A stretch of 64,000 nt of DNA, taken from the NCBI GenBank assembly GCA_035529595.1, contig DATKWK010000035.1, positions 49,067-113,066 of the forward strand, in the 5' to 3' direction. This DNA is from Candidatus Bathyarchaeia archaeon. Lineage in GTDB: Bacteria; Patescibacteriota; Microgenomatia; PFEM01; JAFGMK01. The stretch's first letter is position 1; every line of letters starts with the position of its first letter. The position numbers and the translations under genes were made by a program. A model generated the notes under the pieces. The model had not been told where the DNA came from and did no database searches. It saw only the letters and a program-made list of their open reading frames with translations. This document shows positions 1 to 8,855 of the stretch, in pieces.

Positions 1-399
1 AATGACCCAGTTTAATGAATTCAGAAAGGATGCCCATTCGGCTGCATCCTGGGTTGAAGGTTCGCGCCAATAGTTCTTCTGGAATGAAGTTGCCAAACGC
101 ACAATCGGAATTAAATGATGAAACCGTAATTTATCAAAAATACCCTGCCATTTATTTCTGTCCCTATCTTTTTCCTCAATCACTAAAGTTACATAACCCC
201 AATCCCCGCCTGAAGAATTGACCAAATCAGCGGCATTTTCTAAATCATCATCGCTGGCTGTAGTTAGATGAATACCGAATTTATTATTCGGTTGCTTGTC
301 TGATATTTCTTGAGCCAGAGCATTCCCTGTTAAAGAAAACAGGCCGATGGCAAAAAAGATAAAAAGACTGCTAATAAATTTTTTCTGTCTCGTCATTTT
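1..399 (-). CDS. 5'-complete, 3'-partial CDS for a secreted hypothetical protein. It has a signal peptide and runs off the window start.
   Basis: The reverse complement from 399 reads MTRQKKFISSLFIFFAIGLFSLTGNALAQEISDKQPNNKFGIHLTTASDDDLENAADLVNSSGGDWGYVTLVIEEKD... with no stop before position 1. There is a hydrophobic signal peptide with an AxA site. The plus-strand ORF 15..221 overlaps it and is treated as a shadow. Confidence 0.5.
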
Positions 400-499
400 A
401 ATTTACCTTAATTCTAACAGAGAGTTGCCAGTCCTTACTGTCAAATATGATATTTTCTTTTTTATTAAAAAAAAATATAATGAAAGAGGGTAAATTATT

Positions 500-1114
500 A
501 TGCCCGAACAGACACAATTAAGTTTTCCGACTGAAGCTTACCGTGAGGCAATAAATGCCATAAGAAATGCTGGTGAGAATAATCATGCCAGTGACAACGG
601 TAGTAATACTGTTATTCCCTTGTTAAAAATGATTCCTGGAGTTAAATTCGGTCAGTCTGCACCTCAAGCTGAACTTCATGATCTAGGTATAAATGGAGTC
701 CGTGCGACAGTGGTACTGGCAAGCAGGGACAGTGATAAGGCTATTGAAGCGATAGTTCATTTAATTCCGAAATCGCAGTTAAGTTGGATTACAATCACTA
801 GAAGAAACGGAGACGCCCAGTTAAGATTGATACTAATAATCGATGAAAAGGGTGTTCTTTCGTATGGTTTATTATTAAAACAATCTAGACAGGTAGACGA
901 AAAGAGAGACGGTCCGTTCGAAGGCAAAATCAGCGATCGATTGACATTTGATTCGGCCGGTAATATATCCCACGCCAGAGTAAGAAATCTTGCCCTTATG
1001 CCTGATCAACATGTAAACCTGGCTTATATGATTTCCCGTTTAACTGATCAAACCGATCTTTTAACTGAAATTAGAGATATTCCCCTTGAAAGTTTACTCG
1101 AAGAAAGCCAATAA
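500..1114 (+). CDS. Hypothetical protein.
   Basis: A 204-aa ORF with AGAGGG about 10 nt upstream. I recognise no motif. Confidence 0.45.
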   Translation: MPEQTQLSFPTEAYREAINAIRNAGENNHASDNGSNTVIPLLKMIPGVKFGQSAPQAELHDLGINGVRATVVLASRDSDKAIEAIVHLIPKSQLSWITITRRNGDAQLRLILIIDEKGVLSYGLLLKQSRQVDEKRDGPFEGKISDRLTFDSAGNISHARVRNLALMPDQHVNLAYMISRLTDQTDLLTEIRDIPLESLLEESQ

Positions 1115-1125
1115 GCTCTATAATT

Positions 1126-2478
1126 CTATTTTATCCTATTTCTTAACTGTCCGGGATAATCCATTTTAATAAATGGCTTTCCCTGAGCATTATCAATAAC
1201 TTTCTTAATTATCTGATCCAGTTCTTTTACCTTTATCATTTTGGCCTCTTTTTTACCGATCACTAATGAAAACGGCACCAGATCTTCTCGAGCCAGTCTG
1301 ATTTTTTTAGCCACGCTCTCCGCCCGGTCGTCAATTTCAAGTCGTACCGGAAATTGCCGATTTTTTTCTATCAGCGATTGGCAAAAAGAAACGTAATCTT
1401 TCCCCACCGGAATTAGTCTTATTTGAGCCGGATAAAGCCAAAGCGGAAAGCTTTCTTTAAAATTATCAAACATCAGATACATAAACCGTTCAATGCCTCC
1501 GGGCACGGCGGCATGAATTATAACCGGATTAACCTGCTCCCCTTTTTGATTGACATATTTAATTCCCAACCGGCTAGCGTTCCCCATGTCTACTTGAATG
1601 CAACCAATTTCTCTTGCCTGGCCTAATTTATCAATAATCTTGTAGTCGACATTAACAATCCAATACCTGTCCTTGCCGTCCATCAAGACGCCAACTAAAA
1701 TATCCTGATCCAGATTCCTGGCAATGGCTAAAAGCCGGTCTTGGTATTTTATCCAGTTATCCCAAGAAGATACTTCGGCAACCACCTGATAATGTCGGCC
1801 GACTTCTGCGGCTGCTTTAACCAGCTGTTTTTCAATCCTGGGATACCATTTAAAAGCTTCTTTTATATCCTTAAAGTAGGGATGCAAATCCGGCATAAAA
1901 AACCGCCTTTGGCGATGAAAAATCATGCACTCGCCGCTTTGTTCATGCCGATAGCAGTCGGCAATGGAGAAATGGGCAAAAGGCAAGTTCTTATAACTGA
2001 GTCGATATTTACCGGCTAAATTGAATTGCGGGTAACTGGCATCATAGCTCATGACTACTTTCCGCTTTCCTGATTTAAATCGGAACAGCCGGTCACCATA
2101 AAGATTAGCGTAAGCACGAACCACCGGATAAGATTCATCAAAAATATTGGCACCCCGAACTTCATAAATCGGGAAACCAATCTGGTTAACTAGTTGGCGG
2201 GCATAATCTTTTACCAACCGCATAATCAGCTCGGCTTTATAGTCATGACTTAAAAAACCGGCATCAGAATTTTCTTCCCAACTGAAACCCATCTTTTGGG
2301 CATAAAAAAGATATTCCGGCTTCTTTTTTATTGCCTCAGATCCGGAAATTAAGCCTTCCTTCAAAGCTTCCCTTTTGATTAAAGCTCTGAAGTCTTCCTC
2401 ACCCTTCCCGGCATTAAGATAGGCCTCAGGCTGGTAAACTTGGCTGTTTTTTTGGATGATGAAATATTTATTATCCAT
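1126..2478 (-). CDS. Class II aminoacyl-tRNA synthetase-like protein, ThrRS-like. It has the catalytic core plus a class-IIa anticodon-binding domain, with no N-terminal TGS or editing domains.
   Basis: Motif-2-like FSIADCYRHEQSGECMIFHRQRRFFMPDLHPYF compares with ThrRS FR-EQSG...RVRGFTQDDAHIF. The C-terminal IRLIPVGKDYVSFCQSLIEKN...VRLEIDDRAESVAKKIRLAREDLVPFSLVIGKKEAK is typical of the class IIa (Thr/Pro/Gly/His) anticodon-binding fold. At 450 aa it is too short for canonical bacterial ThrRS. Confidence 0.55.
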   Translation of the reverse strand: MDNKYFIIQKNSQVYQPEAYLNAGKGEEDFRALIKREALKEGLISGSEAIKKKPEYLFYAQKMGFSWEENSDAGFLSHDYKAELIMRLVKDYARQLVNQIGFPIYEVRGANIFDESYPVVRAYANLYGDRLFRFKSGKRKVVMSYDASYPQFNLAGKYRLSYKNLPFAHFSIADCYRHEQSGECMIFHRQRRFFMPDLHPYFKDIKEAFKWYPRIEKQLVKAAAEVGRHYQVVAEVSSWDNWIKYQDRLLAIARNLDQDILVGVLMDGKDRYWIVNVDYKIIDKLGQAREIGCIQVDMGNASRLGIKYVNQKGEQVNPVIIHAAVPGGIERFMYLMFDNFKESFPLWLYPAQIRLIPVGKDYVSFCQSLIEKNRQFPVRLEIDDRAESVAKKIRLAREDLVPFSLVIGKKEAKMIKVKELDQIIKKVIDNAQGKPFIKMDYPGQLRNRIK

Positions 2479-2557
2479 GTTTTACTCCTTTAAGAAATTG
2501 AAATTTCAATCTTCTCCTTTGGGGAAAGTCCTAAAATGAAGTTTTTTTCAAGGCAAT

Positions 2558-2580
2558 AAAAAAACTCCCGCCGCCGGGAG
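2558..2580 (-). terminator. Rho-independent terminator downstream of the 2739..3974 gene, sitting in the leader of the aaRS-like gene.
   Basis: The minus strand reads CTCCCGGCGGCGGGAG followed by TTTTTTT. That is a 6-bp GC stem with a 4-nt loop and a U7 tract. Confidence 0.45.
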
Positions 2581-2738
2581 TCGCAGTTGCGCTGATTTCA
2601 CGACAACCAACGGGCTAGGACTTAGCCGTGGTCGTGGTAGTGAAATTAGCAGAATGTATATTTGGAATCATTTGATGTATATATAACACATCTCCGGCAT
2701 AAAAACAAATTTTATTTATCGAGACTGTTGAATAACAT

Positions 2739-3974
2739 CTAGCCGATCCTTTTTTCCTCTAAAATCTTTATTTTTCTTTTCCGCAATTCGTTCATAAATT
2801 CATAATAGATTTCTCCCTGAAGACAATTTTCGGGTGTAACAATCCCCTTTTCTTTAATTTTACCGGCGGCAAGCATTCTGACGGCGATTGCCGCCGGAAA
2901 AGCGGTTACCCGACTCATCGCTGAAATTTTCTTCCGCGTATCTGCCTTCTCCCACATATAGTAATCGATTCTTACGCCTTTACCATTCTTCTTCCCCTTG
3001 ACCGTATTCCACATCACACAAACATCACCGTCTGTCTTATCCGCTCTTAAACGCGGCTCCAAGACCGAAACCAAAAATTCACGCGGTACCAACGGCTGGT
3101 GGTTAAATTCGACCGGTTTAAGGTCCAAGAGACCGCATTTTTTTAAAGTCTTGATTCCCTGCCAGTGACCGGGCCAACGAATAGTTTTTTCGGCAAATTC
3201 TTTTAATCCGGACCGGGTGTAAAGAAAACTGGGCATCCCCGGAGTAATAAAACATTCAAGCTCTTCTTTTTTACCCAACTTTTCAAACTTAAATGTTTCA
3301 TAGCCTTCCATTGCTTCAACTTCTGCCGGCTTACCGTTTTTTAAAATCTTTACTTTTACCATATATTCTCTTAACACATGGCCAAACGCCCAAGTGATCA
3401 TATATTTCAGAGGCCGGTTTTGGGCCGATTTCTTGGACGGGATACCGCCTACCCGGGCAACGGCTGAATCTGCCTCATCTAATTGATTGATACCTTCATT
3501 AACCGTTATATTGCTTAAACCCGGCGCAAAACCTATACCATCAATTATGGTAACGCCATTTTGGACTGCCTGTCGATGAAGCCAGTCTCCATATTGATTA
3601 AGACTTTGACCGGCAGGAAGATCTAAGCCTTCCGTCTCATAAGGATCGGGACGACGGTGGTATTCTTCTAAAACATCAACCCCGCTTTTACCCACCTCGA
3701 TCAATGCCTGAATTATCTGATAATCGGTTCTTCGATCAGGCAGGCAAATTACCGCCGCATCGTATTGTTTGATCAATTGCCGAACTTCCTGTTTCCGGTT
3801 AACGTCAAGGAGATGGCTCTTTACCTTGCTGCTTGCCAACCAATTTCCGGTTCTGTCAAGATTTTCCTGATTTCGGCCGACAATTCCTATTTGCTCAAGT
3901 TGGGGATCACCAACCAAATCCCAAGCGACTACCGACCCGATTTTCCCGGTTCCGCCAAAAATTAAGATTTTCAT
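2739..3974 (-). CDS. Saccharopine dehydrogenase family NAD(P)-binding protein.
   Basis: N-terminal Rossmann motif MKILIFGGTGKIGSVVAWDL. The length and overall pattern fit the Sacchrp_dh N+C domains. Confidence 0.7.
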   Translation of the reverse strand: MKILIFGGTGKIGSVVAWDLVGDPQLEQIGIVGRNQENLDRTGNWLASSKVKSHLLDVNRKQEVRQLIKQYDAAVICLPDRRTDYQIIQALIEVGKSGVDVLEEYHRRPDPYETEGLDLPAGQSLNQYGDWLHRQAVQNGVTIIDGIGFAPGLSNITVNEGINQLDEADSAVARVGGIPSKKSAQNRPLKYMITWAFGHVLREYMVKVKILKNGKPAEVEAMEGYETFKFEKLGKKEELECFITPGMPSFLYTRSGLKEFAEKTIRWPGHWQGIKTLKKCGLLDLKPVEFNHQPLVPREFLVSVLEPRLRADKTDGDVCVMWNTVKGKKNGKGVRIDYYMWEKADTRKKISAMSRVTAFPAAIAVRMLAAGKIKEKGIVTPENCLQGEIYYEFMNELRKRKIKILEEKRIG

Positions 3975-4072
3975 TTTGCTCCTTTCTTCTTAAATAAAAG
4001 GCTTTGTTTAGAAAAACTAAACTATTGTAATATAATATTCATTAAATAAAATCAGTCCAATTTTATTCTAAC

Positions 4073-5143
4073 ATGACCAAAGGCAATTTAATCAAGAAGC
4101 TTCGTCTCTATTTAGAGGAACAATCAAAAATTGATAACTTTTCAGGCACAGTTTTGGTGGCCAAGGATGGCCAGCCCGTCCTTGAATACACTTCAGGTTT
4201 TGCCAATAAAGAAAGTCATTTGGTCAACAAGATTAACACGAAATTTAGCTTAGGCTCTGTCAACAAGATATTTACTGGTGTAGCCATCGCCCAACTGGTC
4301 GAAAAAGGATTACTAAAGTTTGATGATATTGTTGGTAAATACCTGCCTGATTATCCAAACCCGACTGTTAAAAAACAAGTAACTATTCATCATCTTTTAA
4401 CTCATACCTCAGGCTTGGGTCATTACCCGAAAGACTGGGATAAGCTTAAAGCTTTTCGCGAATCTCTACGATCAATCAGCGATTTTGTCGGTCTATTTAA
4501 AGACAAACCATTATTATTCAGGCCAGGCGCAAAGTATCAATACAGCGCCGATGGCTACGAACTATTGGGAGCAATTATTGAAGCTACGGCACGGCAAAAC
4601 TATTACGATTATGTAGCAGATAATATTTTTCATAAAGCCGGTATGCCAAATACAGATTTTTACGAGATTGACCGGGTAAATCTTAACCCGAATGTTGCCA
4701 TCGGATACAAGAAAACTCGAGACAGCTTTTTTTCTCCCTCAAAAGCACCGCCGGAAAATAATCTGGCAGTAAATCTCATCAAAGGAAGCGCCGCGGGAGG
4801 AGGATATTCTACAGTCTACGATCTGTTTCATTTCTCCCAAGCTTTACTGGAGCATAGACTTCTTAGTCATGAAATGACTTGTCTGGTCACTACTCCTCAG
4901 GTAAAGATAGAGACAGTGGAGACGCAAACTTTATATTACGGTTATGGTTTTCAAATCGTGGATTTCGCTGGCCAATATACAAGGATAGGCCACGGAGGCG
5001 CGTTTGCAGGTGTTAATGCCAGATTAGATATATATAAAGAACCTGTATATACTGTTATTGTGCTATCCAACTATGACAGACCAACTGCCTTCAGGGTAGC
5101 CGGTAAGGCGGAAAAACTAATCACTATGAATAAAATGCTATAA
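4073..5143 (+). CDS. Serine hydrolase of the beta-lactamase/PBP-like family.
   Basis: SxxK active-site motif in FSLGSVNKIFTG. Also HHLLTHTSGL, and a size typical of the class C beta-lactamase-like family. Confidence 0.75.
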   Translation: MTKGNLIKKLRLYLEEQSKIDNFSGTVLVAKDGQPVLEYTSGFANKESHLVNKINTKFSLGSVNKIFTGVAIAQLVEKGLLKFDDIVGKYLPDYPNPTVKKQVTIHHLLTHTSGLGHYPKDWDKLKAFRESLRSISDFVGLFKDKPLLFRPGAKYQYSADGYELLGAIIEATARQNYYDYVADNIFHKAGMPNTDFYEIDRVNLNPNVAIGYKKTRDSFFSPSKAPPENNLAVNLIKGSAAGGGYSTVYDLFHFSQALLEHRLLSHEMTCLVTTPQVKIETVETQTLYYGYGFQIVDFAGQYTRIGHGGAFAGVNARLDIYKEPVYTVIVLSNYDRPTAFRVAGKAEKLITMNKML

Positions 5144-5150
5144 TCCACAT

Positions 5151-5498
5151 ATGGATGAGCTTGAGCCGAAAGAGCAAAATTTGTCTTCCAGTCCACCACC
5201 AAAGAAAGCAAATATAACCCTTCAACAAGCAATCGACTTTGGAGAATACGATCCTAAATATTTAGCGAATTTTGCCGAATGGCATAATCTAAGTATTCAT
5301 ATTCAATGGCAGTTAATAAGGAAAGCGCTCGAGATCCGCCAACGCCAGCTGATTACGCAATATGCTGAGCTAAACAATGCCCTTAATTTCAGTAAGAAGC
5401 CTCACATTCATAAAGCCTGCAGAAGCGTTGAAAGACAACTTAAAAAGCTGGCACAAGATAATGAAGAGCTTTACGTTGAATATTCAAATAAGATTTAA
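5151..5498 (+). CDS. Hypothetical protein.
   Basis: A 115-aa ORF starting 8 nt after the upstream stop. No motif recognised. Confidence 0.35.
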   Translation: MDELEPKEQNLSSSPPPKKANITLQQAIDFGEYDPKYLANFAEWHNLSIHIQWQLIRKALEIRQRQLITQYAELNNALNFSKKPHIHKACRSVERQLKKLAQDNEELYVEYSNKI

Positions 5499-5610
5499 TT
5501 TTCAATTTAATAATAATTAACGGCTGCCACCGGACCTGAACGAAGAAATCTTTTCACTAATCCCAGTTAGAATCTGGAATAAATAATACTTCAAAAGCCA
5601 GAATAATTTA

Positions 5611-6573
5611 TTATTTTATACCCGTAAACATGTCTTCATCGCTTTGATTTTCAATTATCGCCTTTATAAACTGAGTGTTTTGTACCTGCCCGATTTTCCA
5701 ATTTCCATAGTCCATAAAAGCATCAAGATTGCTGTCAACCAATATTGGTAAAACCTCTTTCCATCCGAGCTTCGAACCATAAGCAGCAAGCAAGGCTTCG
5801 TTTGGATACGACGCTTCTATCGCCCGCTTTCTGACTATTCTCAAACCGTCATCAAAAGATGTTCCTTTCTGAGCGGCGATAATATGAGCCTGAAGATGAA
5901 TATTCACCAGAGTTGAACGAGCCTCTTCCATAAATCGAGAAAAGGGCAGATCTGTAAGAACAAGGCTATTCTCTATTAGAAAAGATCTAAACCGGTTTCT
6001 TAAAATTCGGACATTTCTCTCCTGAAAATTAAGGCCGAGTTGTTTATTGACATATTGAAGTGCTTCCGCGCAACCAAAGGTTGAGTAAGAATCTTCATTA
6101 GCTATGTCGAAATCGACTACAGACCTATAGGCAGGGCATAAATATAAAACCATCCCTCCAATTAAATCGGCGATATTATCGATTCCGTAATTGCCAGCGG
6201 CATACGACTTCTTTACCATTATTAAGCCGCTGCTGGATAAAAAATGAGCATGGGCTACCTCAGTGGCAACCTGAAGTTGTTGTCTAAACCAATTCGAAGA
6301 CAAAACCGCCGGATGAAGCATTAGCTGATTCTCAGCTGCTATCTGTTCTCCAAAGACTAACTCATCAACAATTATTAAAGCTTGACGATAGTCTCCGATC
6401 CGATTCCGTAGCCACCCGGGATACTGCGGGTGACTAAGACCTTGATCAATAAGCTGGCATGCCTCTCCGGTATTCAACCGTGCTTGTTTATCTTCAACCG
6501 ACGATGCCAATACGGCTTCAATAATTTGACGTTCTAAATGTTCTGGAAATGGTAAAAACACATACACCTTCAA
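5611..6573 (-). CDS. Hypothetical protein.
   Basis: A 320-aa ORF. The annotated start is TTG inside repeat copy 1, so the true start may be a downstream Met. Confidence 0.4.
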   Translation of the reverse strand: MKVYVFLPFPEHLERQIIEAVLASSVEDKQARLNTGEACQLIDQGLSHPQYPGWLRNRIGDYRQALIIVDELVFGEQIAAENQLMLHPAVLSSNWFRQQLQVATEVAHAHFLSSSGLIMVKKSYAAGNYGIDNIADLIGGMVLYLCPAYRSVVDFDIANEDSYSTFGCAEALQYVNKQLGLNFQERNVRILRNRFRSFLIENSLVLTDLPFSRFMEEARSTLVNIHLQAHIIAAQKGTSFDDGLRIVRKRAIEASYPNEALLAAYGSKLGWKEVLPILVDSNLDAFMDYGNWKIGQVQNTQFIKAIIENQSDEDMFTGIK

Positions 6574-6678
6574 GGTGTCTTACCCTTGACACCTCGGTCA
6601 TCCGATGTAAACGGACAAATCCACGCTAGGCCCCCAAATAGCGTGATCATAAAAAACACAAATAATCGAGCTATTTCC
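6564..6678. repeat. Copy 1 of a ~115-nt hairpin-rich direct repeat.
   Basis: About 85-90% identical to 9020..9138. It contains the near-palindrome CACCTTCAAGGTG, a GGTGTC...GACACC stem and a CACGCTA...TAGCGTG stem. Confidence 0.6.
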
Positions 6679-6721
6679 ATAATTGAGCGTATATTAACAA
6701 AACCGAACTAGTTTAAAAGGC

Positions 6722-6945
6722 TCGCCGGAGGCTAGGTAAATGTGGCGGCTTGCTTAGTTTATGAACCAGCCGCCACTCGATTGGTAGCCCAGTCTCCGCT
6801 GCAGTCGGGGCGGGCCAACACGATCCCGATTGGAAAAAGGTTGGAATTTTTCTATAATAGGCCACAGAAAGATAATCTTGTTTGCCTGCCGGAAAATTCG
6901 CCAGCGCGATGGCGGGCGTGCGGATCGATAAAAAGAGCTTTGTAG
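6722..6945. ncRNA. Candidate structured RNA or regulatory element of unknown class.
   Basis: Local GC is far above the flanks. There is a 9-bp perfect stem GTGGCGGCT...AGCCGCCAC (6760-6794) plus further GC stems (CGCC...GGCG). The 67-aa ORF 6742..6945 is arbitrary and has no RBS. Confidence 0.25.
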
Positions 6946-7007
6946 ATTATTTATATTAATTACTTTCTTTCAAAAAGAAAACGCAAAAAATTTACATCTA
7001 TAGATAA

Positions 7008-7673
7008 ATGAATACAAATCCCAAGGCAAAACGAATTTTATGCTACGGCGACTCCTATACTTGGGGCTATGTTCCCGACACCAATCATCAAAGACTTCCT
7101 TCAGATAAAAGATGGACCGGTTTGTTACAGATAAACCTAGGTGATAATTTTGAAATTATTGAAGAAGGGCTAAACAGCAGAACCTTAAATAGCAAAGATG
7201 CTCGTCCAGGAAAAGAAGGCCGGAATGGAAAAGAATACTTGATTCCTTGCCTTGATTCTCACGATCCTGTTGATTTGGTTATTCTTGTATTGGGAACCAA
7301 TGAACTAAAAGACTCTTTCGACACAACAATAGAAGAAATAGGAAAAATTATCGAAGAGGATTATGTCCAAGTAATACTAAATCGTAAATCGCAATTTCGT
7401 GATACCACCCCCCAGCTTTTACTAATTTCACCACCCCTAATTGATAACACTAAAGAATATGCCAAGCAAAGATATTCGAATTCAAAAGTAAAGAATAAAG
7501 CCCTAGCTAGTCTTTATGAAAAAATATCTATCAAGAACAATTGCTATTTCCTGGATTCCTCACAACTTGTTAAAGTAGGCACAGACGGGGTTCATTTAGA
7601 CGCCGATAATCACAAGAAACTTGGTGAGGTAATAACCGAAAAGGCTTTAAATGTTTTTAGGGGGAGGAAATAA
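7008..7673 (+). CDS. SGNH/GDSL-family hydrolase (esterase/lipase).
   Basis: GDS(x) block CYGDSYTWG near the N-terminus. Also the GTNE block and the DGVHLD (DxxH) catalytic motif. Confidence 0.8.
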   Translation: MNTNPKAKRILCYGDSYTWGYVPDTNHQRLPSDKRWTGLLQINLGDNFEIIEEGLNSRTLNSKDARPGKEGRNGKEYLIPCLDSHDPVDLVILVLGTNELKDSFDTTIEEIGKIIEEDYVQVILNRKSQFRDTTPQLLLISPPLIDNTKEYAKQRYSNSKVKNKALASLYEKISIKNNCYFLDSSQLVKVGTDGVHLDADNHKKLGEVITEKALNVFRGRK

Positions 7674-7677
7674 GCTA

Positions 7678-8220
7678 ATGGATTCAAAATTTGAAATTCT
7701 AGATAGTGTTGATAGGCAAGGAAACGTTATTGGCCAAGCTACTAGGAAAGAGTTTCATCACAATCCAAAGCTAATTCATCAAGTCGCCCACTGCTGGATT
7801 TTTAACAAAAAAGGCCAAATTCTCTGGCAGCAAAGATCTCTAAAAAAAGATCTGTCCCCCGGCTATTGGGATATGTCTTGCGGCGACCATGTACCAACTG
7901 GTGAAACACCAGAAAGAACTCTCAAAAGAGAGCTTGAAGAAGAACTAGGCTTAACTGATGTAAATTTTAAGTTGGTTGATAAATATATTCAGGGTAATGA
8001 ACAACAAACAGAACTAATCTATTTATATTACGCCATAGTTGATAAACCAGCAGAAGAATTTAGTCTTCAGGAGGAAGAAGTTGAAAAAGTAATTTGGATA
8101 GATGTTCAAGAAGCCCAAATGAAATATGTCAAAAACGAACTTGAATCGACCGAATGGGTAGTTTCTCAAGTATCAAGAATCTTGCAAAAGGTTTTTAGCG
8201 AAAGAAAAAGTGAAGGATAA
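7678..8220 (+). CDS. Nudix hydrolase resembling type-1 isopentenyl-diphosphate isomerase (Idi).
   Basis: Nudix box GETPERTLKRELEEELGL. The stretch HQVAHCWIFNKKGQILWQQRSLKKDLSPGYWDMSCGDHV parallels E. coli Idi H-AFS-WLFN-KGQLL..RR...K..WPG.W.NS.CGHP. I place the start at ATG 7678 after GGGGGAGG; the track's longer ORF starts at 7651. Confidence 0.65.
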   Translation: MDSKFEILDSVDRQGNVIGQATRKEFHHNPKLIHQVAHCWIFNKKGQILWQQRSLKKDLSPGYWDMSCGDHVPTGETPERTLKRELEEELGLTDVNFKLVDKYIQGNEQQTELIYLYYAIVDKPAEEFSLQEEEVEKVIWIDVQEAQMKYVKNELESTEWVVSQVSRILQKVFSERKSEG

Positions 8221-8854
8221 AACTTACCAGTATTTACTTTTGGATTGGGATGGTTGCTTGGCGGATACTCTTTCCATTTGGATGGCCGCTTACAAAAATA
8301 TTTTTAAGGTATTTGGTCTTATTCCAGCTGAAAAAGAGATTGTTGGCATTTTTGGTGATTGGCAAGGAGCCAGCAAATTGGGAGTCAAAGATAATGATCT
8401 TTTTTTCAAAAAACTCCTGGTTGAGGTAAATGCCAATCTCCCTTTTGCCAAACTTCACCAGGGAGTAAAAAAGACCTTGGTCGAACTTACTAAAAGAAGT
8501 AAAAAATTAGCCCTAGTGACTTCTTCTAAATCAGCCTCAGTCCTTCCAGCTTTAAAAAATTTAAAAGTCCAAAAGATATTTCAAGCAATTCTGACTGAGG
8601 AAAGGGTTACCCATCACAAACCTCACCCGGAAATAGTAGATAAAGCGATTGCCGCTTTGGGTGGAAATAAAGACCAGGCTTTGATTATCGGTGATGGACA
8701 AAAAGATATTTTGGCAGGTCAAAACGCAGGGATTGATACTTTGATCTTTTATCCTCAAATCAATAGCCGCTTTTACAGTCTAGACAGCTTGAAGAAATTA
8801 AAACCTGACTATTTTATCCGAGATTTTAAGGCTGTTTTGGAGATTATAAACTAA
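8210..8854 (+). CDS. HAD-superfamily hydrolase, phosphatase or beta-phosphoglucomutase-like.
   Basis: Motif I LLDWDGCLADT (DxDG). Also the K...GDG motif. The GTG start overlaps the Nudix stop. Confidence 0.75.
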   Translation: MKDKTYQYLLLDWDGCLADTLSIWMAAYKNIFKVFGLIPAEKEIVGIFGDWQGASKLGVKDNDLFFKKLLVEVNANLPFAKLHQGVKKTLVELTKRSKKLALVTSSKSASVLPALKNLKVQKIFQAILTEERVTHHKPHPEIVDKAIAALGGNKDQALIIGDGQKDILAGQNAGIDTLIFYPQINSRFYSLDSLKKLKPDYFIRDFKAVLEIIN

Positions 8855-8855
8855 G

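Noticed and set aside
15-221. 68-aa plus-strand ORF.
   Set aside because: It lies entirely inside, and antisense to, the longer signal-peptide-bearing partial CDS running from 399 off the window start. No RBS. Treated as a shadow ORF.
2479-2738. T-box riboswitch upstream of the aaRS-like gene.
   Set aside because: The conserved T-box sequence (AAUUAGGGUGGNACCGCG) was not found in the minus-strand leader. Only a terminator and an imperfect hairpin were found.
6742-6945. 67-aa plus-strand ORF (MAACLVYEPAATRL...).
   Set aside because: No RBS and arbitrary composition. The region is better explained as a GC-rich structured or non-coding segment.
6590-6990. tmRNA, RNase P RNA, SRP RNA or a known riboswitch in the GC-rich region.
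   Set aside because: There is no tRNA-like T-arm (GGTTCGANTCC) or CCA-proximal acceptor for tmRNA. The RNase P P4 sequences (GGAAAGUCCGG, ACAGNRA...CCCGGCUUA) are absent. The SRP domain IV motif is absent. The GCGATGGCG stretch resembles a fluoride-riboswitch fragment, but the rest of the consensus is missing.
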